A DNA stretch of 63,043 nt, counting the filler, from Octopus bimaculoides (Eukaryota): NCBI RefSeq assembly GCF_001194135.2. It is 8 parts of 7 records of this genome, joined end to end, with 100 filler letters (N's around TTAATTAATTAA, not from the genome) between each part and the next. Parts side by side here need not be neighbours in the genome. Positions count along the whole stretch, not along the records: positions 25,245 to 35,685 come from NC_068991.1; positions 35,786 to 45,913 come from NC_068986.1; 6 more parts are not named here. One strand, 5' to 3'. Below, piece after piece: positions 25,245 to 38,215 of this stretch. How positions within the stretch are numbered: position 1 is the stretch's first letter; every line of letters begins with the position of its first letter. Position numbers and translations under genes: made by a program. Under the pieces are notes generated by a model, which worked only from the letters and a program-made list of their open reading frames with translations, searched no databases and was not told where the DNA came from.

Positions 25245-26165
25245 ACACGCTAACAAACACGCAAACATACACACACACACACACAAGCATACACACCCTT
25301 GCACACATAACCCATATATACCCCCATTCACACATACCTCCCATACACCTAACACATACACCTCCCACACACCTTACATACATACCGCCCACACACATGA
25401 CAAACATACATGCGCGCCCTCACACACACATATAGACGAACGCACATATACACACACACACACACACGCACAGTGGTAGAGACACACACCTACTTACACA
25501 GCCCTACACACACAGACACACACACACACATACATACGCGCACGCCTACATACGCGTACATACACAGCCACATACATATGCACACACACACACACACACA
25601 GAGGAGTGCACACACAAAATAACACATATACCTGGCACACATCCTTACGCTCTCACACACATACGCACGCACACACACATAAACACGCACATACACATAC
25701 ACACGCACACACACCTCTCACATACACAAACACATACGTGCACGTACACACATACACATATACACACATGCACACACGCACACACACCTCTCACATATAC
25801 AATACTCACTCACACAAACACACATACAACTACACACACAAGGGGCATAAATGACAGACGCACTTGCACGCACGTACGTAAGCAAACACATGCACACACA
25901 CACACACAGGAACGCACATATACACAACATACACACACACACACGCACGCACGAAAACATACACAATATACACACACACGCACACGGACACACACATAAA
26001 CACACGCACGCATACACACACACGCACACTCACAAGCCCACACACGCACATCCACACACATACACACACACACACGCACACCCCCACATACATATACACA
26101 CGCACACACACCTCTCACCAACACAACACACTCACACAGACACGCATACAATCACACACACATGG
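25245..26165. repeat. Degenerate (CA)n/(CACG)n low-complexity tract
   Basis: Directly visible; source of the H/T- and C/V-rich ORFs. Confidence 0.95.
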
Positions 26166-26654
26166 NNNNNNNNNNNNNNNNNNNNNNNNNNNNNNNNNNN
26201 NNNNNNNNNNNNNNNNNNNNNNNNNNNNNNNNNNNNNNNNNNNNNNNNNNNNNNNNNNNNNNNNNNNNNNNNNNNNNNNNNNNNNNNNNNNNNNNNNNNN
26301 NNNNNNNNNNNNNNNNNNNNNNNNNNNNNNNNNNNNNNNNNNNNNNNNNNNNNNNNNNNNNNNNNNNNNNNNNNNNNNNNNNNNNNNNNNNNNNNNNNNN
26401 NNNNNNNNNNNNNNNNNNNNNNNNNNNNNNNNNNNNNNNNNNNNNNNNNNNNNNNNNNNNNNNNNNNNNNNNNNNNNNNNNNNTTATCACACACACTTGC
26501 AGACCCTCGCGCACGCACAGATATTCACCTCCCTTTTTCACTCTCCTGTCTTAGAAAGAACTTTTCCTCCACCACCTCCTCTTCCGGTCCTTCCACAATG
26601 TAACCTCGTGGGCATCGGTGCCAATTTTTTCTTCCTCCGTTTTTCCATTCTCTG

Positions 26655-26760
26655 AACTTTCCGTCTTTCCGACGAAGGGCTCTGCCCGAAACGTCATACT
26701 CTCTCTCTTTCCTTTCCTGAGCGTCTAATAACACTATCCTTATCACGTCCTCACTTTGTT
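26655..26760 (+). ncRNA. Degenerate minimal hammerhead ribozyme motif in a PLE-type repeat
   Basis: GUCUUU-CCGACGA-A-GGGC-UCU-GCCC-GAAAC-GUC; U4 mutated to C and the 3' strand of stem I is decayed. Confidence 0.55.
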
Positions 26761-26803
26761 GTTTTTTTTGTTATTGTTTTTTGTCTTTTTTTGAACTTAT
26801 ATA

Positions 26804-26842
<39 letters not shown>

Positions 26843-27219
26843 ATGTATATATGTGTGTATACATACATACATACATATATGAGTGAGTAGACAAACGAAA
26901 GAAGGGCACTCAACACATTTATTGAGAATTACATGTATAGATCAAAGCAGTTTGATCAGACTCATTGATATTCTGAGTTTCTAGCGTGTGGCTAGTCTTT
27001 GGACATTGGGGTCTGAATGAGGATTCGATTGAAAAGAGTCAATGTTTATTACTGAACGTTAGCCTGCGATTGGTCGAGAAAGGTGACACGGTATTGTGGT
27101 TTAATATTGGTATTTCAGCAACAACAATTTGTTGGAAAATACCATATTGCTGAACAGGAAATTGACCGCATGGTGGACAAGCAATTGATTGTGTGGTTGG
27201 GGGACAGTAGGAAGGGACG

Positions 27220-27650
27220 GTATATGTGGGAGTATATATGTATATTTACATGTATATGCCTATATATCTGCGTGTATGCATCCGTACTTATACAAGTGTG
27301 TGTATATGCTTAGATGTGCATTCACACATCTGTGCACGCACACATACACATCGACAGACACACACATGTGCACGTGCACATATACGCACACACATGCACA
27401 TACATACACACACATACACACATGGATACATACACACACTCGCATGCACACCTTTATCTCCATGCACATATGCACCCGAGCACACAAGTGTGCATGTGTA
27501 CATACATCCACACGCACGGGTGCACATGTACACCTGCACACACACATCCGTACACATGCATACTATGACCAGCTGCATATACGTGTTCACACACATACGC
27601 GTACGCGAGTATATATACTCGTATGGTCATGCTCAAGGGATGATGTACAA
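27220..27650. repeat. Degenerate (CA/TA/CATG)n low-complexity tract
   Basis: Directly visible. Confidence 0.9.
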
Positions 27651-27817
27651 GAGGTGAGAGTATGAAGAGAGACAGGCATGGAGAAGTGTTGTGGACTGGT
27701 GATTTGTGATGCTGTTCATAGGGGTTAATTTGTGGTGGTGACCTTGGTGCAGGCTGACCTAGGGTGGCTGGTACTAAGGAGGTATATCCAGGTTATCAGC
27801 AGCCAGTGGCTTGAAAT

Positions 27818-28200
27818 TTACCAGGAGGATCTATCTCTGGTGACAGCAATATGATACCTCATATTTTTGTTGATAGATACTGTGGGTTGGTAGATAATAT
27901 GCAATTTTTCGTGGAGGCACAGCTGGTAATTAGGAGCGCTGGGTGAATATAGTGGCACCCTGTTAATAATAGTCCACTTGATGTTGGGTGTTTTGTCTTG
28001 GAGGTCACGAAGTCTCCAGAGAAAGCACAATAGGGAAGTGAAGTTCTCTCTGTCCCTGAATCTAAATGAATGCAAGTGCTAGGAATATCTTACCTTGAAG
28101 TCATTGGCTACCATGCCCGTGTAATGCCCAGTAATGCCATCGGATGGTGTAAGGGTGGCTCTGTATATTACAGCCCTTAACATCACATCAACAGGCATAA
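27818..28200 (-). mobile_element. Penelope-like element GIY-YIG endonuclease remnant
   Basis: AVIYRAT...HYTGMVANDFKVRYS*HLHSFR..TSLLCFLWRL..IKWTII..YSP...LCLHEKLHII. Confidence 0.85.
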
Positions 28201-28300
28201 AAATGCACTCACAAAACCCCAACCTCTACGTACAACTTCTGAAACCCTACCACATCCCCTCTAGGAGGATCCTGCCTCTCAAGGATGTTTGAATGTACGT

Positions 28301-28528
28301 CGCGGGTGGCACATAAAAGACACCATTTCGAGCGTGGCCGTTTTCGTGTGGGTGACACGTAAAAGCACCCACTACACTCTCTGACTGGTTGGCGTTAGGA
28401 AGGGCATCCAGCTGTAGAAACTCTGCCAAATTAGATTGGAGCCTGGTGTTGCCATCCGGTTTCACCAGTCCTCAGTCAAATCGTCCAACCCATGCTAGCA
28501 TGGAAGGCGGACGTTAAACGATGATGAT
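28301..28528 (+). mobile_element. SINE family D (V-domain-like AGGAAGGGCATCCAGCTGTAGAAAC) with (GAT)n tail
   Basis: Matches 59400-59669 (+) and 51625-51760 (-). Confidence 0.8.
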
Positions 28529-28934
28529 ATGTAGCCATGTAAGAGTTGATATGTGGGTTCGATTCAGACAAGTTAGCTCATCATTTTCAGTCAGTTTGTT
28601 TATATATAAATGTCATTTAAATTGGAGAATATATATTATTATTATACTATATTATCATAGTTATTATTAAACTAATAGTCCTTCATAGTTGCTTTCTCTC
28701 TGTAACTTACAAAGCCTACTGGTTTATTTATAAATATAGCTGAAATTGATGGGTGAGTGTTTGGTCCAGTCAGATGTGCATGCAGCCATGTAAGCATTGA
28801 CATGTGGGTTTGATTCTGGCTAGGACTAGCTCATCATTTTCAGTCAATTTGTTTATATATAAATGTTGCTTTAAATCGGAGAATATATATTGTTATTATG
28901 ATATATTATTATAATTATTATATATTAAAAGTAC

Positions 28935-29140
28935 ATAGAGGCTTGGTAAAGTTCAGAGAAATACTACTTCTGTTAGTAATGAAAGGTTGCTCTGTCAGAG
29001 GGAAAGGCAGATTGCATGATGCCTGTGTATGTACAGCTATATTACATGACAATGAGATATGGACAATGACTAATGAAGCCAGTATGCTATGATGAAGATG
29101 TGGAATTAAGTAGTGAGAAAGGATCTATGGGCATTGAGAC
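28935..29140 (+). mobile_element. Old RTE LINE 3' fragment
   Basis: KFREILLLL..KGRLHDACVCTAILH, homologous to 46300-46500. Confidence 0.75.
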
Positions 29141-29994
29141 TCACAGAGGGGATGACAGAGGGCCAAGGCTCTTGGCAGCTTGCTGTGCTTGAAAAGACAC
29201 ATCAAGCTAAGTAAATTCGTGGTTGTCCCACCTCAACAAATTCCAACCAACCAATGATGTTGATGATATACATTCACATACATTTACTTTTGATTTACAT
29301 CAGTGTTGACTAAGCATTCCGTTTCAACCTTTGTTATAGACACCTTCACCCTATCCAGATTGGTTTTCACCAACACTTCTACTGCAAATCATTTATGGAC
29401 AGCCATTAAATTTTTACCTACATGGCATCCACTATTATATCTGCTACAATGTTGTACTTCTTGGATGATATGAATTTTAATTCAAGGAAATAAGTCTGTT
29501 TAAGAATATTAGTTTTTCTGATCACATAAAACCATGGCTAGTAATAATCTAGTCTTCTAGAAAGAAGCAACTGTAGAAAATGTGGGTATGAAAGTAATTC
29601 TACCAAAAAGTCAAAGTTGTAGGAAGGAAGAATTGTGTGAAAATGCTTATTACAAAGTCAGTGGGTATAAGTATCAGATACAACAATAGGAGAAGAACTA
29701 GGTGCCATGGATGAACTTACTATTTCAGCAGTGAAGAGTCTGTTGTACTAATGTTGTGTAACTTTACCACCTTAATTACAGATGATCAAATAATTTAACT
29801 ATTGTTTTTGAGTTACTTATTTTTCTTAATTTTAATCCTGTTTCCTCCAAGATTATAAACTTGATAATATTTATATTAATGATATTTGCAAGTTAAGAAT
29901 ATTTGAAAAACAGCAAAAGCTCCATTTACTTCGTTCATGATTAAGTTTTTAAAATTCTCTTTGTTTTTAGAGACATCTCACACAAGCACCAAAG

Positions 29995-30204
29995 ATGGCT
30001 GTTGGTTTCAAGTACACTACAATAACAATAACAGGAGCACTACATTTTTCTCTTGGAATAATCTGTGTCATGATTTCCATAGTTGGTCTTTCAGTAGACA
30101 ATTATAGAGTATTATGGAGTAGCTATTACAGGGATAGATACCCCTACCATCTGGAGTTTCCATCCAAAAGTACTGCTGCTGCATCATTTGTTGTAAGCCT
30201 ATAT
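29995..30204 (+). CDS. First coding exon of a host membrane protein (possibly MS4A/CD20-like tetraspan); the remaining exons were not resolved
   Basis: Acceptor CTCTTTGTTTTTAG ends at 29970, AAAG-ATG-G start at 29995, phase-0 donor TAT/GTAAGT at 30205; 70 aa with TM GALHFSLGIICVMISIVGLSV and the start of a second hydrophobic segment; unique, non-repeat context. Confidence 0.7.
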
Positions 30205-32249
30205 GTAAGTATTAAGGTTGTTTGTGACAGCTGTATATTGATCAAAGATCTATTGGTACACCAAAATTTTTCAGTTGTTAATACTGATGGAAAAAATTCT
30301 TTAGACAGATGATTGATTTAGATTTCAAATTGTTTCTTCTTTATTTGTTGTAAGATACCAACACTACTATTTTTTGGTGGGTGGAAGCATAAACTGACAG
30401 TTAGGAGTAATTGAAACCTACCCAAAATGGTTTGAAGTACTCTCAACCTGAACATGCAATAAAATACCTTACAACAGAAATCAAACTTTCAAATCTGTTT
30501 TAACCCTATCCTAACATAACATAGCTGAGTTCACATGGATATAATAATTGTATTTTATTGGAAGAAAAGGATTGATTAATTTTTTATTGTTTCTTTACTA
30601 AAATTGTTAAGCTATTCTCGTCATTGTACATTTGCTTTTGTATGCTGGTATCAGCAGGATGGGACAGGTCATCACAGTCCTAGTAAGTTGTAATTTAGAT
30701 TTAACTTCTCTACCATGGCATATGGATCAGAAATTCTATAATGTTTTTCGTACAATGATATCTTTTAAGTTGATAATTTTGTAATATTAATAATTTTTTA
30801 ATGTTATAATAAAATCTAAGTTGCATGCAATATAATTTAGATATAAAAATAATTGATCTCATTAGTTGACAACATTCATTATGAGAAAATAGTCAACCAA
30901 TGTAATGTCAATGTGTGTGGAACATAGTGATCAACTTGCATGAATGAATATTTCTTCTAAGAATAGGCAATAATTTCATGTAAATGTGAAGAACCTGGAG
31001 AAAACTATAAATCATAGCTCAGCATGTTTGAGTTGAAAATAAGTGATAAAACAGTTACTCATTCATGTAAATTTCTCAGAGACATTTTCTTGGAATTGGT
31101 TGAGATTGATTTTTGTAGGATTGGTGGAAAGGATGCTAAGAGGGATACTAAAGTTGTTGAAATTAATGAAAATTATTTTCTTTATTAAAAATACTAGGTT
31201 TGTAAAATGAGCTCACTTCAGTAAGTATTTTGTGGAATGGTGTTCTTGACTGAAAAACATAGATGTGGTACCTTAGCATGATTGAAGCTTTAAAGCTGAA
31301 ACACTTTAAAGAATTTAAAGAAAATATTTTTGATCATATCTGTCAGAGCTGACTAAATATGAATTTGAAATACACATTTGATTCCTTAAAAAAAAGGGAT
31401 GGCCACAGTTGGAGTGCATTGTTTATACATTTTCTCGGTCAGAGTTAATCTAAGACTAAATATTTTGGGTTATTGCTGTTGAAAGTAGTATTTTTAGTAC
31501 AGGTTTAAAAACTAAAATTAATGACACTTATTTTTAATGAAATTTCATTTTCAGGCCAGCATCTGTTGAATATACAAATCTTCACTGTGGAATCGAAGGT
31601 TATTCAGTTGTTGATAAAAGTAAATTTTTCTAATAGCATATTGTAAGCACCTAGCTAACCACACTGGCTTTGGATATTTGGTATTATTTCTAAACACTTA
31701 CTCCAACAAACTGGAGAAAAATTGGGTGGAACTGTGCCATCCCATCTAAAATTATTCACCTACAATTTTTCAAATGTCTCATCTGTAATCTACAGTGTCT
31801 TTATAAAGAAGTTATCCTTTAAAATATCTCGCACTGTTAGATTTGTTGCTAATCAGTTACTGAAAATCCTCAGATTCTTTTCAACAGCTTGTGCTTGCTG
31901 TCTCTCATACTTGATCTGACGAGAATTCCTGTTAATTACATCACCATTTCTAAAATTGTATTGCATTGTTTCCCATTGTTAGAAGAAAGTCTTTGAAAGA
32001 GGGAAATTACTTCAACAATTATTGGAAGAATACTTAGCATATTATAATGCTACGATATCTTGTTAATAGCCATTAGGAAACCACAATCCATTTTGGTCTG
32101 AAAAACAAATTAAAAACTGTTTTTCAACCTGATTTCTATTCATATAACCAACAGATTCTACTTCTACCAATGAAGGATCTATTGCTTGTACAATCTAGTT
32201 TTTTTTTGTTTATATTTGCTGAGTCTTGAAGAAAAGATACTTATCATCT

Positions 32250-32760
32250 TTGCATTCTCTCCTCAACTGTTGAGACTGATGCTGTTAACACTTTGTTTAG
32301 ACTGTTGCAAGTCAATAGCTCCAAGAAAGGCATGAACTGTGATGAAATTCCAAATGGCTGATGTTGTGAGGAGAAAGAACTGGGTGTACATAACACCTGG
32401 GGAGTTGGACATAACATGAGTGATGAAAGGAGAAACAATTGGGTGAGGAGTGCCATAGGGAAAGCCATTTACACTGACCATTGCTGAGGAACAGAGGCCA
32501 TTATAGTAGTGGTAGAAAAGGTAGAGAAATAGTACACCAGTGTGTCAAAGGTAGGAGCATGTTTGTGAGTAATTTTGTACCAGTTGATCAAGAGATCTTT
32601 CTCTGAATGTTGTCCCAAATATCAGTATATGTAGAAGAAATACTGTACCAGATGGTAAAGTAAAACTCCATTGTGGGACTCAGCCAAACTTTGTAAAGTG
32701 ACAGCAGTTGCTGAGGATGAAATATTTTGTGGCCCAGAAAAGAAGGGTCAGTATTTGGGA
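32250..32760 (-). mobile_element. CR1/Daphne-like LINE 3' remnant
   Basis: YLFYHYYNGLCSSAM...SAIWNF..F..IDLQQSKQSVN, typical of a CR1-group C-terminus. Confidence 0.65.
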
Positions 32761-33994
32761 TACAGTCCTAGCTATGTTAAGGATATGCTTTGTCCTGGAG
32801 AAATCCTCAGTGATAGTTAAGCTCAACAATTAGAGCCACTGTAAGGGGTCTGATTGAGGCTGTAGCATGACATTATTTCTTGCTATGGCTTCTCTGGAGG
32901 TTATGACTGAGGTCTCCATACGTGGAATCAGTGCAAATTTAATATGCAGTGTCTAGTTTGTGCATCATCAGGGTAAGAGTGGGTATTGCTGAATGTGACA
33001 GCAAGTGATCATTGACATATGGAAGGAAAAGAGATGGGGACAAAACTGAATCCTGAACACATTTGATTTGATTGAGACAATAAGAGTTTCATTATCACAT
33101 GCCTACAATTGTGTGATCAGCTAAAAAACTATGGATCCAAGAGATGGGAGATGGCTTGTGCTTGTAAATGGGATGATACAATAAGAGATTCACATGCCTG
33201 AGAGCAGAGAACTTTCCTGATGTGTAGAAAAACGAGATTATTTTCCCTGAACTTTTCTAAAATGAGATCTCACGGATGGGTGACATAAGAGAGTAGGTCT
33301 CTGATAGATCTGGCTCTGCAGATACCACACTGGTGGTCACTGAGGAGAGAAATAGGGGAGAGTTTCAAGATACTAGAAAATGTCATTGTTAGTGGTCATC
33401 TCTGTTACCTTAAAGATATTAAAAGTAAGTGAAATAGAATGGAAGTTGGTAAGCCAGAGGAATTACCATTCTTAAAAATAGCACACATTACTACATGTTT
33501 CAAGGAGGTTTGATGAGTATTGGAGCAAGTTATAGGATCCAATGTTTGAATGTAATAGAAGAGACATTGTCAGTATCAGTTTGAAGCAATCAAGTGTATT
33601 TTTGTACTTGGCATTGATGTATGCAAAGTCGAGATCCTGGTGGATTGAAAGGGGTTAGGTTTGCAGGAGATGAACCAAGTGTGTATAGTGTGAAGTTGAA
33701 TGCAAAGTGAGCAGTGAAGGGGAAGGTTTTCTCCATGGAGATGCTACTCACCAAGATAATGAAGGAGAGGAAAAGATTTGCTGCAGTTTGGGAGGTAAAA
33801 ATAACTGAAGTGCTGAGCATGTTGTATAGCTCCTACATAGTAGTCTTGCAACGTTTGTACTGTTCATAAATACCACCTAATTTTTAGGAGTGTAATTTGC
33901 AGAATAAATACAGAAGCCTAATTAATTTCTATGCAGTAATTAGTTTGGCCCATTCCTTTATGGTTGTTAAAATAAGTACCACATATATATATAC

Positions 33995-34160
33995 AATGGG
34001 CCTTTTTCGGTTTCCATCTACCAAATCCACTCACAAGGCTTTGACCAACTTGAGGCTATAATAGAAGACACTCACCCAAGGTACTACGCAGTGATATTCA
34101 AGCCAGAACCATGTGGTTTGCAAGTAAGTTTCTTACCATACAGTCAATCCTATGCCTATA
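33995..34160 (-). mobile_element. SINE family B, 5' part
   Basis: TTTCCATCTACCAAATCCACTCACAAGGCTTTG. Confidence 0.8.
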
Positions 34161-34334
34161 TACCTATTTGAAAACGAGGACACTCATCTATGAGAAAACA
34201 TGGGATTAAAATGGGAAAAAATATGTAGAGAATGTTGAATTAAAAACTGGAATGAGAAGAAAGAATGGAAAAGTGAGAAAATTAAGTTCTTGATCCCCTT
34301 TGTAATGGAGAGGAGACCAAAGTCTATGAGATAG

Positions 34335-34625
34335 CTACTCAATTTGGAGAGGATGAAGTCTTATGTTCAACAAAAAGAGCCTGCCTATGTGCTGGCATTT
34401 CCTAAAACTATCAAATCTGGAATTAAGTAGTACGATGGAATTCTTGCATCTGAAAAGAGTGCATGATCTTTCAGCCATGCATCTCTCTGATCCACTTCTA
34501 TATGGCATAGATTTCTCCATAGTGCTCCAGTTGATTGTATGTGGCGTGTACTTGTTCTTCAGAACCCATACAAAGCTAGCCAAGTTAGTGGCAATTTTTT
34601 CATCCACCCTTATGAGTGAAATTTG
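34335..34625 (-). mobile_element. Second PLE GIY-YIG C-terminal remnant
   Basis: ATNLASFVWVLKNK..INWSTMEKSMPYRSGSERC..LLNSR..FRKCQH. Confidence 0.75.
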
Positions 34626-34938
34626 GTAGACAGAAACAGAATGAAGCACACTATATGTATGTGTGCACCTGTGTATGTTGTGCGTATTTCATATTTGTGC
34701 CTTCTTGACATTAAATGTCAGTCAGACATGCGTTGTTATTTTTTTTTAATCTCCCATATAAACATACCTGGTCATGGGGAAGTGCTACCCTGCTTGGAAA
34801 GAACTGAAGGTTGGTAACAGGAAGGGTATTTGGCCATAGGAAATCTGTCTCAATGAATTGTGTCTAGCCCATGCATATATGTAAAAGTAGACATTAGAAC
34901 AATTACATACACCCACACAAATGCACACACACACACCC

Positions 34939-34985
<47 letters not shown>

Positions 34986-35037
34986 AAAGGATTAAAGTGG
35001 CTAGACACAATTCAAAACCAAAAAAGGAAATAATTCA

Positions 35038-35388
35038 CTGTCACTAAAATGTGACAAAGGGTGAGGGAGCACTGGCATTGCTAGAAATAAGAGTCAAAGG
35101 ACTCTTTAGCCACAGAAAGCACATTTTCAATTTTCTGACAGGGGAAACAACCTCCCCATTGCAATTAAGAGGCATTAGATTGGCATGTCAATTTTGCATG
35201 AAATTTAATGCTCATAATCCATAATGGGTGGTGAAACTAAATTCTATCCAATCAGTATATATTAATTTTACCATAGAAATCCCCTGTCAGTAAATAGAAA
35301 ATGTGCTTTTTGTGGCTAAAGAGTTCTTTGACTCTTATTTCTAGCAATGCTGGTGCTCCCTGCACTCTCTGTCACATTTTAGTGACAG
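35038..35388. mobile_element. MITE with approximately 108-bp TIRs and a probable TTAA TSD
   Basis: CTGTCACTAAAATGTGACA...CTGACAGGGGA inverted at both ends; flanks TTCA and TTAA. Confidence 0.9.
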
Positions 35389-35785
35389 TTAAGTGTATAT
35401 ATATATATATATATATATAGTTTTAGGGAAAATAACCAATTTTCAAGAACTCATCGATGAAAATCCACTATCACATATAGAAAAATTTATAATTAAAAGC
35501 ACAATAAATGAGTATAATATAAAGTAAAGTAAATATCATAAGATAAATATAATAAAAAGATTACACGTGTTTCATAACCAATTTTCAAATAGAAAAGAAA
35601 TTTAAATCAATTAAAATCAATTGAAATTATCGAAAATAAGTTCTATTCAAAAATAGTAGAAAATCTTTAGCAAAGTGAAAACAGTNNNNNNNNNNNNNNN
35701 NNNNNNNNNNNNNNNNNNNNNNNNNNNNNTTAATTAATTAANNNNNNNNNNNNNNNNNNNNNNNNNNNNNNNNNNNNNNNNNNNN

Positions 35786-35822
<37 letters not shown>

Positions 35823-36289
35823 GCACAAGCACACTCATTTATACTACAAAGATTTAATGTGGGTGAGCGAAAGATGTAAACATGTCCCTCCTATGGTACA
35901 ATATTCGCGAAGTGGCGAAAAATCGAATTGGTTAGGCCTTGAATGGGGAAAAATCGAGTTGGTTACGCCCAGGACCGACTTGAGGTAAACAACAACAAAA
36001 GCAACAGTTAATTGACTGAAAAGCAAAAATAACTCGGATGGAATATGAACCCAAAACCTAGAGAAACAATGCATACTATGAAGCATTTAGCCCGGCGCCT
36101 TACAATATTTTGACAATCCGCTGTTTTCTTCCAATATAACAAGCTTATCTGCAACTCATAGCCAACATTCCCGAAGTTATTTTTAAACAGTCATTTATAT
36201 AATTAAGCTAGCTATTTCTATAGGAAAGATTGACATATGGTGCTATATACGTCATGCAACAATAACTACTGCTTCATATTCATTTGAGC

Positions 36290-38215
36290 GATGGATTGAT
36301 AGAAACGTTAGAACATTGAGCAAATTGCCTTGCTGTATCGACTTATGACCGCTAACGTTCTCAGTTCAAATCTAGCAGAAGTTAAATTTGCTTTTTATTT
36401 TCTTAGGATCAATAAAATAAAGTATCAATCAAATACTGATGTTAATCTAATCGGCAATAGTACTATTCTCTCAAAACGTTTGGACTCGTGCCGTTAGAAA
36501 TCGGTGTTAATTTGATTATTAAATACATTATACCAGATGGTAGCGATTTACGGAATCGTTAGCTTGTCGGGCAAAGTACTTAGGGGTATTTCTTCTGACT
36601 ATTAACGTTCAAGGTTCAAATGTCGACTATGACGTTCCTTCTTTTTTTTTTTTTTCAGTGTAAGTAAGTACAAATTGAGAACCAGCGTCAACTAATCGAA
36701 TAGATCTCTCTCCACAAATTTCTGACCTTATCCCTATTGTAGAAAAAAAGTTGTATTGCAAAGGGATTGAAACTTGCTTGAACCAACGTAGCCACCTGAA
36801 ATTGGTGTTTCTCTCTGCAGAGAACAATACGTCCGAAAACGGTTGCTTGAAGCTCATGCTTTTGATTTTCTTTTCCAGCAGCGCGGATAGAGGAAGCTGG
36901 TTTGCATGAGCAACTGCTGGTCTTCCATAAACAACCTTTCCTGGACTTGTGCCTCGGAGGGGGATTTTCTAGTTGTGATTCCATGGTCATTTATAACCGA
37001 AGGAGGTCTTAACCAATTTCTGTAGGTTTTTTTTCTATTATAATCTATTGCTAAGATTTTGGTGTGTAATAGCAGTTTATAGGACACAAAATATCTTATA
37101 ATTGGAAAATTATAAGCTCAGATGACAACTATTCTTTTATTTGTTTCAGTCATTTGACTGCGGCCATTCTGGAGCACCGCCTTGAGGCGGGTTTTAGACG
37201 AACAAATTGACCCCTGGACTTATTTTTTAAAGCCAGTACTTATTCTATCAGTCCCTTTTGATGAATCACTATGATATGGGAACGTAAACACACCAACACC
37301 TGTTGTCAAGCGGTGATGAGGGGACAATCACAAACACACACACACAGATATATACGACAGGCTTCTTTCAGTTTCCGTCTACCAAATTCACTCACAGGGC
37401 TTTGGTCGACCTCAGGCTAAAGTAGAAGACTCTTGCCCAAGGTGCCATGTAGTAGGACTGAATCCCGAAGAATGTGGTTGGGAAGCAAGCTTCTTACCAC
37501 ACAGCCATGCCTGCGCCCATGTCGACATGATATAATATTTTATTGCTTATATTTGACTTGTTTCAGTCATTTGATTGTGACCATGCTGGGGCACCGCCTT
37601 GATGAATTTTAGTTGAACAAATCAACCCCATTACTTATATTTTTTCAAAGCTTGGTACTTATTCTGTCGGTGTCTTTTCGCCGAAACGGTAAGTTATAGG
37701 AACATAAATACACCAACACTGGTTGTCAAGCGGTGGTAGAGAACAAACACACACACATACGTGCACACACACATACGTGCACACACACATACATACGACA
37801 GGCTTCTTTCAGTTTCTGTCTACCAAATCCACTCACAAGTCTTTAAACGGCCCGAGGCTCTAGCAGAAGACACTAGCCTAAGGTGTCACGCAGTGGGACT
37901 GGACTCGGAACGATGTGATTTGGAAGCAAACTTCTTACCACACAGCCACGCTTTTTGCCTATGAGCCACGCTTTTTGCTTATGAGGCACACCTTTCGCGC
38001 TTAATAAATTATTTTTATAATTCTTCATTACTAAAGCCTCCCTTTGTTCAATGATTCCCTCACACCACTGTTTCCGCCAACCAAATTCATTCTTAAGGCA
38101 GTGGTCGGCCCTGGGGCTATAGCAGAAGACACTTATCCAAAGTGCCACACTAGAGGATTGAACCCGAATCGACGTGGTTGCAAAGTGAGCTGCTTAACCA
38201 ACACAGCCAACAAAT
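36290..38215. mobile_element. Cluster of SINEs (A at 36290-36760, C fragment 36905-37010, B on minus at 37135-37520, 37555-37990 and 38095-38215)
   Basis: Family-specific cores recognisable in each copy. Confidence 0.8.

Noticed and set aside
30612-31619. Exons 30612-30682 and 31555-31619 as the continuation of the membrane-protein CDS
   Set aside because: Joining them in frame creates TAG at the junction, and the alternative phases give no convincing TM3/TM4; left unresolved
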